54,085 nucleotides of DNA from a virus (Duplodnaviria > Caudoviricetes). Both the position numbers and the translations under genes were made by a program. The stretch is taken from positions 1 to 54,085 of the IMG/VR virus record IMGVR_UViG_3300014502_000008. One strand, written 5' to 3'. This document shows positions 9,825-19,931 of this stretch, one piece after another; within the stretch, counting starts at the first letter, position 1; every line of letters begins with the position of its first letter. The notes under the pieces are model-generated. The model did no database searches, was not told the origin of the DNA, and was given only the letters and a program-made list of their open reading frames with translations.

Positions 9825-10568
9825 TTAAATTGCTTCGATATAAGTCACAAAAACCGCTACTTCCCCGGCTGTGACATTTGCCCATGACAAGTTTGACTGA
9901 AACACGAAATAAACATTGCTTGCAGATGCAGACGGAATACTTTCAGGCTGCATTACTCTAATAGTGTCAATCTCTTCAATGGGAGGGGGCTCCGTGCTAG
10001 CTTCCACACCCGTTTCTACCGATGCTACAAGGGAGAGAACAGGAGTAACCATTCCTTCTGTAACTTCCACCTCTAATATGTCGTCATGCTCAAGAGGTAT
10101 AGTGAAGGTTGACGGATTTATAACTGTAGCTTCAAAAGAACCATTAAGGTCCTCTTCTTCCATGCCTGTAAGATTGACATCAGCCGTTTCTGAAGTAATT
10201 CCATGACTTGTCGCTGTTGTAATTGTTGCAACATCATCAGTTAATGAAACTGTTGCTATTGCTATTGACTTTGAAGAAAATCCAGAAAGGGTATGTGTTT
10301 TTGCCATCATAACATTTGCAAGGGCCGGGATGATCGAACCAAGATCAATAGCCCGATCAGCTTCTACATCTGATGAGAAGTTGAAGTCACATCCTGCTAC
10401 TCCTGGAGCTCCGATAGTTTTCTTGACGGTCTTGATGTTTGAGAACACCACGTCATTAAGAGTGAGCTGTGATCCTGATATTCCAATCCATGCCCGGAAG
10501 CCATATTTCAGGGACTCAAGCAGTACCCTGGGGGTCCATTTCTTTACTATTAAATCTTTACCTGACAT
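9825..10568 (-). CDS. Putative virion structural protein
   Basis: 247 aa, beta-rich, internal ATITTATSHG...LNGSF (FCCH-like) insert. Confidence 0.5.
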   Translation of the reverse strand: MSGKDLIVKKWTPRVLLESLKYGFRAWIGISGSQLTLNDVVFSNIKTVKKTIGAPGVAGCDFNFSSDVEADRAIDLGSIIPALANVMMAKTHTLSGFSSKSIAIATVSLTDDVATITTATSHGITSETADVNLTGMEEEDLNGSFEATVINPSTFTIPLEHDDILEVEVTEGMVTPVLSLVASVETGVEASTEPPPIEEIDTIRVMQPESIPSASASNVYFVFQSNLSWANVTAGEVAVFVTYIEAI

Positions 10569-10592
10569 TTTGAATAATTTTAGTTGTTAGTA

Positions 10593-11207
10593 CTATGTTT
10601 GTGATAATGAATTTGCAAATTGCTCATAAGCCATTTTGGCCTTGTCTCCCTGCCCTCCGATAAGTAATATCTTTGAAGCACATAACCAGCTAAGACTTTC
10701 AGCAAGAAGGTCTGATAACTCCTCAGGCTTTGCAGTCTTGATGTAACTTGCTGTTGATGGTACTGCACTAGCAACTACCTTGCTACATTCTAAATATTTT
10801 GATACCGCACCACCATTGACAGACGTGCTTCTGATAACTACTGAAGGTCTGCCATAACCACCAGGTATTAACTCCTGGATGGCATAAGCTGGATTGTCGG
10901 TTGATATTGCTTTTTTAACTGATCTTTCCCATAGCGGGAATTTAACCTCATGAAGCCTGACCCAATTAGCAGGTACAGGTATGTATGCTTTGTTGTTGGT
11001 TGTGTCATAAAGAATGGTTGTCACTTCCCCTGACACAATGGGGATCAATGCGGGGGTCAATAAGTGCATAGGACCCTTTTCCAGTATCTCCCTGGCACTC
11101 TCATCAAGCATCGGCCCGATATACTCATCGAATGGAAGAGACACCCCTTCCGGGGTGTACTCATCCAACTTGATTTTAACTTTATTTATTAACCCTGATC
11201 TATCCAC
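10593..11207 (-). CDS. Putative head-tail adaptor/tail tubular protein
   Basis: Helical N- and C-termini around a beta core (YIPVPANWVRL); downstream of capsid. Confidence 0.55.
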   Translation of the reverse strand: MDRSGLINKVKIKLDEYTPEGVSLPFDEYIGPMLDESAREILEKGPMHLLTPALIPIVSGEVTTILYDTTNNKAYIPVPANWVRLHEVKFPLWERSVKKAISTDNPAYAIQELIPGGYGRPSVVIRSTSVNGGAVSKYLECSKVVASAVPSTASYIKTAKPEELSDLLAESLSWLCASKILLIGGQGDKAKMAYEQFANSLSQT

Positions 11208-11216
11208 GTTAATGAA

Positions 11217-11612
11217 TTATTTAAGGTCTGGAAATGCTATTTTATATTTCTCAGCAATTGCCATTACTGCTGTTTTGTTTGGAAGTGATCCCTGCGTCAA
11301 TCCATCTATTTTGGCAAGCAGGTAGTCCCTGGCTCCCTGGACAGTGTTGATGCCTTCAGCTTTTTTAATGTCTGATTTTTCTATAACCGGCTCTGCTTCA
11401 TCATCGAATGAGCTTATTTCTTTGAACGAAATACCATTGCTGGAATCCTTTGCAAGAATATCCTGCAATACCGGGTCAGTTGTCTGGAATTTACCATTGA
11501 TAGGAGGTCTTAAACTTCCGCCTCTGAATGAGATTAATGTCCTTTTCCCCTGAAACATGACATACATTTCATAGCTCTGATAATGTAGTGCCTGATAAGT
11601 TTTTGTGATCAT
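11217..11612 (-). CDS. Conserved phage protein downstream of capsid
   Basis: Likely start ATG at 11612 (MITKTYQ); the longer ORF call runs through the terminator. Confidence 0.6.
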   Translation of the reverse strand: MITKTYQALHYQSYEMYVMFQGKRTLISFRGGSLRPPINGKFQTTDPVLQDILAKDSSNGISFKEISSFDDEAEPVIEKSDIKKAEGINTVQGARDYLLAKIDGLTQGSLPNKTAVMAIAEKYKIAFPDLK

Positions 11613-11646
11613 AATGCTGTTTTTAAATAGATTTTTAGGTTTGAAG

Positions 11647-11672
11647 AAAAAAAGGGGTGTGGTTAGCACCCC
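11647..11672 (-). terminator. Terminator after major capsid gene
   Basis: GGGGTG-7nt-CACCCC followed by T7 on the minus strand. Confidence 0.75.
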
Positions 11673-11688
11673 GTCTTTTTATGTGTTA

Positions 11689-13050
11689 CTAGGCTTTTGG
11701 CCCTATGATTGCGTGAGTATCCGGGTATCTGGTGATAACACCGGTTGTTTCTTCCAGGACAACTGCATCCACGTTTCTCTGGCCTGATTCTTTCAGGTTC
11801 AGTTTACGGGTAGCCATTGGCTTCATGGTATGCTTCTCAATCTGGTTAATGTCAAGTACGATACCTTTCTCTCCCCAACCTGCATGATCAAGTAAGGAGT
11901 GGTGTTTGTAAAGCAGGATGCCGAAGTTTGTTTCAATCTGGTTCCACTTAATACCCCACTTCACTTCAACCTTCTTAGCTTCAATCTGCTTCTGTACTGT
12001 GCTGATCTTGGAGATATGAGCTGTAAGAGCGTCACCACCGAAGAATATCCTGGTCTCAGAACCGCTATTGCCGGTAAAGATTGATTTAGTCCAGTCAACG
12101 AATGTTGCATCGTCAATGGTCCTGTCTGCACCACCAGTACCATACTCAAGAGACTTGGTTATGAATCTGGTTATTCCACCGGTAGAGTATCTTTCTTTAG
12201 CTTCAACCAGGTCAATAAATTTAGCTCTGACACCGAAGAGGAACGAAAGCTCCATAGTCTGTCTCATGTCATAGATATTCTGAGCTTCATAGTCAGTGAA
12301 TGACCAGTCAACTTCTTTATCATGAATTTTCTGGAAGGTAGATTCTTCAACCTGTGCCATGAATATCTGCATGAAGTTGAAATCTTTAACCGGGATGATA
12401 GCATAGGGTGAAGTCTGTGCATCAAGTTCATGCTTGCAAGAACCCATCCTGACTAGTTTCGTATTTACAGGGATAGTTACGCCAATAATCATATTACCTG
12501 CGTTTACGCCACTGCCAAGAGGTCCATTAAGAGGCTGTATTTTAATTGTGCCATCGCCAACACTCTTTGATATAATGAAGCAGGCCAGGTCTTTGCTGTC
12601 AGCTCCGGTAACACCAGATATCAAGACTGTATCATCAGCACTCCATGAACTTATATTATGAACTGCAAGGTCAGTTGTGGTATTTCCGTCTCCTGCATGA
12701 GTGTAGGCTTCATGAACAGTGTCAGTAATTGGCCTGGAATCAACTGCGTAGTAATCCGACACAAAGGATTTAATGTCAACCCCGTTAGTTATAGATCGCA
12801 TTATGGTGTCAAGAGGTGTAGCGGAAGGCCTCATTTCTGTTACCTTCTTACTGATGTAATTCTTATCAAGATCCGGGGACCCTGCTTTTACACCACCGAC
12901 AGTTACAGGACCGTCAGCAACAACAGCACCAACCGCATAAGTGGCACCGGCAGCAAGGGCAGTAAGCCCGGAGAATACCATCGAGACTGTTACTAAGAAC
13001 AGTATCCCGAAGAGATATGCCCCAATGTTAAAAATATTGTACTTTCTCAT
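11689..13050 (-). CDS. Major capsid protein (SU10/DUF5309-like) with hydrophobic N-terminal extension
   Basis: Downstream of scaffold and followed by a terminator; PSATPLDTI, FNFMQIF, MELSFLFG, TGGITRFI patterns. Confidence 0.75.
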   Translation of the reverse strand: MRKYNIFNIGAYLFGILFLVTVSMVFSGLTALAAGATYAVGAVVADGPVTVGGVKAGSPDLDKNYISKKVTEMRPSATPLDTIMRSITNGVDIKSFVSDYYAVDSRPITDTVHEAYTHAGDGNTTTDLAVHNISSWSADDTVLISGVTGADSKDLACFIISKSVGDGTIKIQPLNGPLGSGVNAGNMIIGVTIPVNTKLVRMGSCKHELDAQTSPYAIIPVKDFNFMQIFMAQVEESTFQKIHDKEVDWSFTDYEAQNIYDMRQTMELSFLFGVRAKFIDLVEAKERYSTGGITRFITKSLEYGTGGADRTIDDATFVDWTKSIFTGNSGSETRIFFGGDALTAHISKISTVQKQIEAKKVEVKWGIKWNQIETNFGILLYKHHSLLDHAGWGEKGIVLDINQIEKHTMKPMATRKLNLKESGQRNVDAVVLEETTGVITRYPDTHAIIGPKA

Positions 13051-13110
13051 TTTAAATTTCTGTTTTTGTGGATTGTTTATAATTAGTGATTATTAATAAA
13101 TAGTTGTCTA

Positions 13111-13946
13111 TTAAGAGAATACGTCCCTTTTCTTTGTTTTAGCTACCATATCATCCATGTAATTGGGTGCTGGTTTAACTACTTCAGGTTCCTGAGCTGA
13201 TCTGTTAGGTCTTGGCAGTCCGTCACCAACAGCAGGGGCAGCCTGTTTCGTTGCGACAATCTTCTCATTGCGTCCTGCTATCTTGCCCTGTTCGGTGGCA
13301 GCAACCACGTCACCGTCATAGCTAAAAGCCTTCATTATGGCTTCCAGGTGATCTTCTGTGATCTTACCGTTATTGATATCTTCTAGCATACTGTCAAACT
13401 TCTGGAAGAACTCTTCAGCCTGGGCTTCATCCATTCCCTTCTTTTCGACAAAGGCTGTGACAGCCTGCTCTGAAAGGCCTATGTTCTTGGAACGTTCATC
13501 CTCAAGCTGTTTGCGTTTTGCTGATTTATCCTCAAACTCGGCCTTGTTCTTAGCCCAGCCTGCATAGTCCGGGTCTCCTTCAATGGCTACCAGGTCAGCA
13601 GGATCTAGATGCCTTGCAAGAGCTTCCCGGAATGTCGCACCGTTGATGCAATCCCTGACCACCTCACCTGCCAAGGCTCCCTTTCAAATAGGGCTATGAG
13701 TTTCTGATTAGAGAGCTGGCCCTTTTCCCTGTACCCTTCCAGGTCCTTAACATGCTCCTCATGGCCTGCTTCATATTCTTCGTCTGTCTTAAATTCCCTG
13801 CCAGGGTATGCCTTAGCAAGGCGATCAGCGTACTTATGTTTAGCCGGGGGTGTTGCTTCTCCTGCGACTTCTTCTGCTGGCATCGGTGTTTCGACTACCG
13901 GATCAGTCTCAGGGGTATCGATATTTTTTTTAGTCTCTTCTTCCAT
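13111..13946 (-). pseudogene. Scaffold protein split by a -1 frameshift (ORFs 13605-13946 and 13111-13674)
   Basis: An acidic N-half and a helical C-half overlap in different frames directly upstream of the capsid gene. Confidence 0.65.
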
Positions 13947-13995
13947 TTGATTAAAATGTTAATTATTACTGCTATTACGCTGCAATCATCGTGTT

Positions 13996-14035
13996 CAAAT
14001 CTATGTATTCCGTTGATAACTTATAGGTTTAATAG
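13996..14035 (-). promoter_or_regulatory. Putative late promoter for the head/tail operon
   Basis: TAGATTTG -7 box (rc of 13996-14003) in a divergent intergenic region. Confidence 0.5.
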
Positions 14036-14088
14036 TCCATTTATATGGCGTATTAACCGTAGATTTACACGATATACACAGTATTATT

Positions 14089-14307
14089 ATGACGAACAAA
14101 AAATTAACACAAACCAGGAAGAGGCACTTAAAGTTGTACCACAGGTTCCTTAAACTAAAAGGTGATGATTTGACTAATGACATTAAGAGAGCTTTAAAAA
14201 CCTCTAATACACTTTATTACGACAGGATAGCCGAAGAAGAAGGTTGGAGCACTGACCATGTAAGGAGGGTGTGTAATACGATGATAAAGGAAAATCCAAA
14301 AGACTAG
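14089..14307 (+). CDS. Small HTH-like DNA-binding protein
   Basis: YDRIAEEEGWSTDHVRRV HTH pattern; coupled to terminase. Confidence 0.6.
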   Translation: MTNKKLTQTRKRHLKLYHRFLKLKGDDLTNDIKRALKTSNTLYYDRIAEEEGWSTDHVRRVCNTMIKENPKD

Positions 14308-16295
14308 TGGATTCCAGGATAGACATAAACACCATCATTGAGACGAACAAACAGAGACGATCTGTATTGTTTTGTCCTTATAATCCCATTACCGGAGAGG
14401 GCTCCCCTATTGAGAGGACCAAAATACACTACTTCGCTAAGGGTGAAAGATGGGATTATTCTATTCCTACCATTATGTATGATGAAAACAAGGAGTTCAT
14501 TGATCTTCTTGTAAACGAAGGGAGTGTTGAATCCCTTCTTAATGGTGTTGCCCAATTAACAGTTGATGATTTTCTGGTACTCTTTACGACACTCAGGTTT
14601 AAGTATGACTTTGAGTTTTGGGCCTATACAACTGTCAAGATTCAGGATAAGAGAACCAAGCTCATAATTCCCTTCATGTTGAATAGACCACAGAGAAGGG
14701 TACTTGCCAGGTTAGAAAAAATGCGCCTGGCTGATGTACCTATAAGGGCTATTATTCTGAAGGCTCGTCAATGGGGAGGTTCCACCCTGGTACAGGTTTA
14801 CATGGCATGGATACAGCTGATTCATAAAAAGAACTGGCACTCAGCCATTGTAGCCCAGGTAGAGAACCAGACCAGGAATATACGAAGCACATACTCAAGG
14901 CTTGCAAAGGAATATCCGACTTCAATAGGAAAGGTTAAATTCCTGCCATTTGAAGGGTCCAGCAAAAACAAGATCATTGAGGGGAGGGACTGTATTATAG
15001 GTATCGGGTCAGCTGAGAAGCCTGATAGCTTACGGTCATTCGACTTCGCTATGGTCCACATGTCAGAGGCAGGACTATGGAAGTCCACCCCTCAGAAATC
15101 AGCAGAGGACCTGGTACAGGGTATCCGGGCTGGTATCCCTGACGTGCCATATTCATTGGAAGTACTAGAATCAACAGCCAAAGGGGTAGGGAACTTCTTT
15201 CACCGGGAATGGCAGGCAGCAGTGGAGGGTAGAAGTTCGTATGACCCAATCTTTGTCCCCTGGTTTGAGATTGAAATGTACCAGAAGCATATCACAGACC
15301 TATCTAAGTTCATACAATGGATGCGGGAGAATGATTATGCCATGACCCTCTGGAACCTGGGAGCCACACTAGAAGGCATAAACTGGTACTTCAAGCACAA
15401 GCTAGGCATGAACTATGACGACTGGCGTATGAAGTCAGAGTTCCCATCCACTGCACTAGAGGCATTCCAGTCAACCGGGAGAAGGGTGTTCGCTCAGTCT
15501 TATGTAGAGAAGGCACGTAAGAACTGCAGGCCTCCTCAGTTCTATGGCGATATGTTCGCTAAGTCACAGAAAGGGAAAGAAGCCTTTGAAAACCTAGAGT
15601 TTCAGCAGGACGACAAGGGGCTGATGTTGGTGTGGGACGTGCCAGATAAGACTATGGAGGTATCATCCAGGTATGAGGTCACTGTGGATATCGGAGGAAG
15701 AACAGCAGGAGCTGACTGGTCAGTAATCAAAGTCTTTGACCGGTACTGGATGATGGAGGGAGGAAAGCCTGAGGTAGTTGCCACATGGAGAGGCCACCTT
15801 GATCAGGACCTGGTTTCATGGAAGGCTGCACAGATAGCAAAGTTCTACAACAATGCCCTGCTGACAGTTGAATCGAACTCGCTTGACACAGAGGAATCGG
15901 AAGGGAATCACTTCCTGACAGTACTGGATGAGATTGTCAAGTATTACCCTAACATATACGGGAGAACGGACCCGGAGAAGGTAAGATTAAACCTGCCTGT
16001 TAAGTATGGCTTCCAAACCAATAAGTCAACTAAACCGATGGTCATTGACCTGCTGAACGGATCAATGAGGGACGAAGAGTATTACGAAAGGGATCTCAGG
16101 GCATGTGATGAAATGGACACCTATGAGATTAAGCCCAATGGCAGTTATGGAGCTGTGGAGGGCTGTAAGGACGACCTGGTGATGGTTACTGCAATAGGGC
16201 TATGGATATGCTTCCAGTATATGGCTATGCCAAAGCTCATAGTAAAATCAACAGGAACGACAGGAAAGAAAATAATTTCGGAAGCAAGTATATAA
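14307..16295 (+). CDS. terL: Terminase large subunit
   Basis: LKARQWGGST Walker A, VHMSE Walker B, ESTA coupling motif, VDIGG and DDLVM nuclease motifs. Confidence 0.92.
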   Translation: MDSRIDINTIIETNKQRRSVLFCPYNPITGEGSPIERTKIHYFAKGERWDYSIPTIMYDENKEFIDLLVNEGSVESLLNGVAQLTVDDFLVLFTTLRFKYDFEFWAYTTVKIQDKRTKLIIPFMLNRPQRRVLARLEKMRLADVPIRAIILKARQWGGSTLVQVYMAWIQLIHKKNWHSAIVAQVENQTRNIRSTYSRLAKEYPTSIGKVKFLPFEGSSKNKIIEGRDCIIGIGSAEKPDSLRSFDFAMVHMSEAGLWKSTPQKSAEDLVQGIRAGIPDVPYSLEVLESTAKGVGNFFHREWQAAVEGRSSYDPIFVPWFEIEMYQKHITDLSKFIQWMRENDYAMTLWNLGATLEGINWYFKHKLGMNYDDWRMKSEFPSTALEAFQSTGRRVFAQSYVEKARKNCRPPQFYGDMFAKSQKGKEAFENLEFQQDDKGLMLVWDVPDKTMEVSSRYEVTVDIGGRTAGADWSVIKVFDRYWMMEGGKPEVVATWRGHLDQDLVSWKAAQIAKFYNNALLTVESNSLDTEESEGNHFLTVLDEIVKYYPNIYGRTDPEKVRLNLPVKYGFQTNKSTKPMVIDLLNGSMRDEEYYERDLRACDEMDTYEIKPNGSYGAVEGCKDDLVMVTAIGLWICFQYMAMPKLIVKSTGTTGKKIISEASI

Positions 16296-16305
16296 AATTA
16301 AAGCT

Positions 16306-16647
16306 ATGCAAAAGATTGAGATTAAACCAAGCGATAAAGTATTATTCACAACCTCATACCTCGTGAGGGATGAGTATAAGGAACATTATAAAGAGAACCC
16401 TGATTATTTAAAATGGGTATTCAACAACAAATTAGCTGAACCCCTTGCAAATAACATTATTGACAAGCAGGTGATTATAGAAACTTCAATGCCTGAAATA
16501 AAAAGCACTGAGTTCAGAATTGCGTTCTATTTATTCACACCGGAGGAAATGAAGCAGTTCATCCAGGAAGTTGAAGAAACAGTACTGAAATTCGCTGGTA
16601 AACGGTGTTTCTGTGCCATTGATGAGCCTAAAACCTGTAAAAAGTAA
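16306..16647 (+). CDS. Hypothetical phage protein
   Basis: ORF in a tightly packed operon. Confidence 0.6.
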   Translation: MQKIEIKPSDKVLFTTSYLVRDEYKEHYKENPDYLKWVFNNKLAEPLANNIIDKQVIIETSMPEIKSTEFRIAFYLFTPEEMKQFIQEVEETVLKFAGKRCFCAIDEPKTCKK

Positions 16648-16895
16648 TGGAAGAGACTAAGGCCTTAATCCAGGCATTCCTGGAAGAACAAAACAGTAAA
16701 ACCAAATTCCCCTTCACATCAAGGGTAATACTCTTTCACAAGTTCGGACCACTTACAGACCAGGCACTAATAGCCTTACAGAGTGAGGGGATTGTTTACC
16801 CAAGTCCCGGAGTTAATGGACCACTGGTGCGCTACATTGTGGAAGATATAGTAAGAGAGAAAGTAAGAAAACATTTTTTTAAAACAAAAAAATAA
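16647..16895 (+). CDS. Hypothetical protein, possible winged helix
   Basis: TAATG overlap; ALIALQSEGIV...GVNG. Confidence 0.6.
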   Translation: MEETKALIQAFLEEQNSKTKFPFTSRVILFHKFGPLTDQALIALQSEGIVYPSPGVNGPLVRYIVEDIVREKVRKHFFKTKK

Positions 16896-16900
16896 AAATT

Positions 16901-17275
16901 ATGCGAAAGAGAAACATTTTCAGCGACTTCAGGAATAAGATAGCGAAAGACTACTATGAATGGTGGTCGTACTTGGTCTCATTCTGGAATGTTCAGACCG
17001 ACAATAGGCGAATCAAGAGAGCTTTGAAAAGAGGAAGAATCAAAAACGCCGGAGACAAACGCACTTATTATATTCTCAGAGACAAGACCGGAGGAATTAA
17101 TGAGCTGAATAAATCAGAGATCAACATGCTTGTTAAAGCTGGGATATTTGCCAAAAGAAGCCACATGCAGATAATTTCAGATGCAATTGATATCGTCTGT
17201 AAAAACAGTCAGATCCAAGAGGAGTTCAATCAGGAAAAGCTCAGGAAGGAGGCTATAAATGACACCGAAGGATAA
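16901..17275 (+). CDS. Hypothetical phage protein
   Basis: ORF in operon, basic composition. Confidence 0.6.
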   Translation: MRKRNIFSDFRNKIAKDYYEWWSYLVSFWNVQTDNRRIKRALKRGRIKNAGDKRTYYILRDKTGGINELNKSEINMLVKAGIFAKRSHMQIISDAIDIVCKNSQIQEEFNQEKLRKEAINDTEG

Positions 17276-17486
17276 AAAGATCATTGAGGATGCAGAAAAG
17301 GCCGGGATTCCGATATTCGTTCTGACTGCAAAAGACCTCCTGGCTGCTGATATTATTAGAAGTTATGGCTTCGCATGTCTGACAAACCATTGTCCCGATG
17401 AACACATAAAGGGAGTGGCAATCAGGATGAGAGAATTCCATAGCTGGAAAGCTAAAAACCCGGACAAAGTAAAACTACCTGACTAA
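17259..17486 (+). CDS. Conserved small phage protein
   Basis: PIFVLTAKDLLA motif, C-terminal KLPD. Confidence 0.65.
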   Translation: MTPKDKKIIEDAEKAGIPIFVLTAKDLLAADIIRSYGFACLTNHCPDEHIKGVAIRMREFHSWKAKNPDKVKLPD

Positions 17487-17511
17487 TAATTAACCATTTA
17501 ATAAATAATCT

Positions 17512-17949
17512 ATGTCACTAAAGAACTCAGTAACTTTAATCGGAAATGTAGGCAAGGACCCGGAAGTAACATACCTGCCTAGTGGCTCAGTTGTAGCCAA
17601 TTTTGCACTTGCAACCAGTGAGCCTTACAAAGATAAAGAAGGCAAGAAGGTAGAGCATACCGAATGGCACAACCTTGTAGCATGGGGTGAATCTGCAAAG
17701 CTGGTTGAGAAATATGTAAAGAAAGGTAGTAAGCTGGCAGTTGAAGGCAAGTTGCGCACCAGGAACTATGAGAAGGATAGTCAAAGGCATTATGTCACTG
17801 AGATTATTGTATCTGAATTTTTGTTCCTGAGTCCAGTTACAAAGACTGCACCTGCAAACCCCTTGACGGACAACCTGCCAGCATCAGCGACCCGAATGAC
17901 AGATAACCAGGGGCCTCAGAATGATGAGCTTTCTGACTTACCTTTTTGA
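17512..17949 (+). CDS. ssb: Single-stranded DNA-binding protein
   Basis: NSVTLIGNVGKDPE, TEWHNLV, VEGKLRTR, acidic DLPF tail. Confidence 0.97.
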   Translation: MSLKNSVTLIGNVGKDPEVTYLPSGSVVANFALATSEPYKDKEGKKVEHTEWHNLVAWGESAKLVEKYVKKGSKLAVEGKLRTRNYEKDSQRHYVTEIIVSEFLFLSPVTKTAPANPLTDNLPASATRMTDNQGPQNDELSDLPF

Positions 17950-18173
17950 GCATGGATAACAAGTTCAAAACAAAGGAAGCAGTGAAGGTAGCATATACCG
18001 GGTCCCGGCATACAGGGAAAATCGGTTTAGTAAATGAGATCTTCCAGCTCAAAACTGTTAATAAGACTATCTTCTATGTACTGGATTTCCTGGATGGTTC
18101 AACCGGAACAGAGGAGCAGCACCACCTAGAAAAGTATAATGGAGTGATACCAAAGTATGTTAAATCGAAATGA
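17946..18173 (+). CDS. Small SH3/KOW-like phage protein
   Basis: Overlapping ORF; HTGKIGLV pattern. Confidence 0.55.
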   Translation: MSMDNKFKTKEAVKVAYTGSRHTGKIGLVNEIFQLKTVNKTIFYVLDFLDGSTGTEEQHHLEKYNGVIPKYVKSK

Positions 18174-18592
18174 ACTTCCGAGTACTTAGAAATAAGAAAC
18201 AACTCCTTGACTACTGTGAATATCTTATGAAGTCCAGGCTTCCAAAAAAGGTAGCAGATCAGGATATTTACCCTTTACGGTCTCTGGAATCAAACGCATA
18301 TTATTGGGGAATCGTTCTGAAATATATATCAGACGCAACAGGAGATTCCCAGGAGAAATGCCATGACGGTTATAAGTTGTTATTTAATTTCAATTACGAC
18401 ATTGAATACAATCCTAAGACAAACATGTATGAATGGGTAATGGGAGTTAAGTCAACAGCTAACCAAGATGATAAAGTTTTTTGGGATTTTGTTATGCGTG
18501 TGCGTATTGATGGTGAGCTTGAACATCATATCGTTATCCCAATGCCAAATGAGGTATTTGTTAATGAGCTTAAATTTGAAAAAGAGATATGA
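18170..18592 (+). CDS. NinB/Orf-like recombination protein
   Basis: RSLESNAYYWG and KSTA motifs; follows ssb. Confidence 0.65.
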   Translation: MNFRVLRNKKQLLDYCEYLMKSRLPKKVADQDIYPLRSLESNAYYWGIVLKYISDATGDSQEKCHDGYKLLFNFNYDIEYNPKTNMYEWVMGVKSTANQDDKVFWDFVMRVRIDGELEHHIVIPMPNEVFVNELKFEKEI

Positions 18593-18996
18593 ATCAAAAC
18601 CAGATTAACCAGGAGCTTGCGAAGATTAAGAGCTGGTACAAGCATAATTGGCCCTTATGTATCTTCTGTAACCACCGTGTTAAGGGTGGACAGCTTGCAC
18701 ACCTGATCAGACGATCATACACCAGGGGTAACTTGCACATTTTGAAGCTCAACACCGGGCTGGCCCATCATGACTGCCATGAATTGTTTGATAACAACAT
18801 GACACAAGCTCAGTATTTACCCCGGATGGTAGAGGTTTTGTATATCATCTGGACCCAGGACAAGGAGTATTTCAATCAGATAGCTGATAACTTCCCGGAG
18901 CTGACCCCGGCAATAGAACAATTCCCGAACGTGCCGATCATGCCTCTGGAATATCATGGAGAATTATTATCTTTACAGTACTTACTCCAGTTTTAA
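18589..18996 (+). CDS. HNH/NinG-like zinc nuclease
   Basis: CIFC...AHLI...N...HHDCHELFD. Confidence 0.55.
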   Translation: MNQNQINQELAKIKSWYKHNWPLCIFCNHRVKGGQLAHLIRRSYTRGNLHILKLNTGLAHHDCHELFDNNMTQAQYLPRMVEVLYIIWTQDKEYFNQIADNFPELTPAIEQFPNVPIMPLEYHGELLSLQYLLQF

Positions 18997-19044
18997 TTTC
19001 ATCTTTTATTTGCGTCGTATCACATAATTTCCGACATTTGATAT

Positions 19045-19116
19045 GCGGCATTTCCTTCCAATTGACTTGACTTGACAAAACGCAGCGAGACTTTCAATCA
19101 GGAGATGCCGTTTCTT
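19045..19116 (+). ncRNA. Dispersed hairpin element copy 1
   Basis: GCGGCATTTCCT...GCAGCGAGACTTTCAATCAGGAGATGCCGTTTCTT. Confidence 0.6.
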
Positions 19117-19193
19117 AAATTGTTTGAAATCAGCCAAGCGAGTACCTACTATCTTGATTTATTGAATTATTTATGACTAATCCACTAAGGATC

Positions 19194-19661
19194 TTAATTA
19201 GATAATGCTTTACCCACCTTTTCGATTACATTTGGAATACTGTCAATAAAGAAACCTAAGAAAAATGATAAAAGAGCAGATGCCACCAAGGGTTGAATTC
19301 CTTCCAATTTAGCAAAATGAGTAATAGAAATAATTGCAGAAAATATAGCCATTACAATAATCAAGAAAGGATAAAATCTGAAATACCTCAATCGGATTTT
19401 TTTATTTTCTAATTCCTCATTATCTGTAAGAGCTAAATTCGTAACTTTCTTAATGTGATTGATGCAAACCTTTAGAATTAATAAGCAAAATCCGAGTAGA
19501 GTAAATGCCAAACACCAGAGATAATATGTCCAACCAATTATACCATCGAAGATAAAGATAATAAGTAAACCTATAATTAGCATTATAGCAATAACAGAGT
19601 AACTTACTGCAAACTTAAATCGAAAGTCATCTTTAATTTTTGAGGTTTCCATAAGGTTCAT
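19194..19661 (-). CDS. Accessory membrane protein (about 4 TM)
   Basis: AT-rich; four hydrophobic segments. Confidence 0.7.
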   Translation of the reverse strand: MNLMETSKIKDDFRFKFAVSYSVIAIMLIIGLLIIFIFDGIIGWTYYLWCLAFTLLGFCLLILKVCINHIKKVTNLALTDNEELENKKIRLRYFRFYPFLIIVMAIFSAIISITHFAKLEGIQPLVASALLSFFLGFFIDSIPNVIEKVGKALSN

Positions 19662-19722
19662 TTTATAATGGTTAATTAAATCTATTTTGAAAGTTACGAA
19701 ATAATTCTGACCTTTGATATCA

Positions 19723-19802
19723 GCGGAATTTAATTCAAACTACTTTAACGAGTAGAATCATTGCGAGACATTTCTATTCCAACCAGGGGATGCCGCTTCT
19801 TT
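19723..19802 (+). ncRNA. Dispersed hairpin element copy 2 (diverged)
   Basis: GCGGAAT...GCGAGAC...CAACCAGGGGATGCCGCTTCTTT. Confidence 0.5.
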
Positions 19803-19931
19803 ATTCACTTCAAAACAAATAAAGGGTCTAATAATATAAACTTCAAGATAAATTAGGTTTTAAAATGTTATAATAAACGTTCCCTAAATAACTACAGAAT
19901 TGTTAATTATGTTTAAGTAGAAATATTTTTT

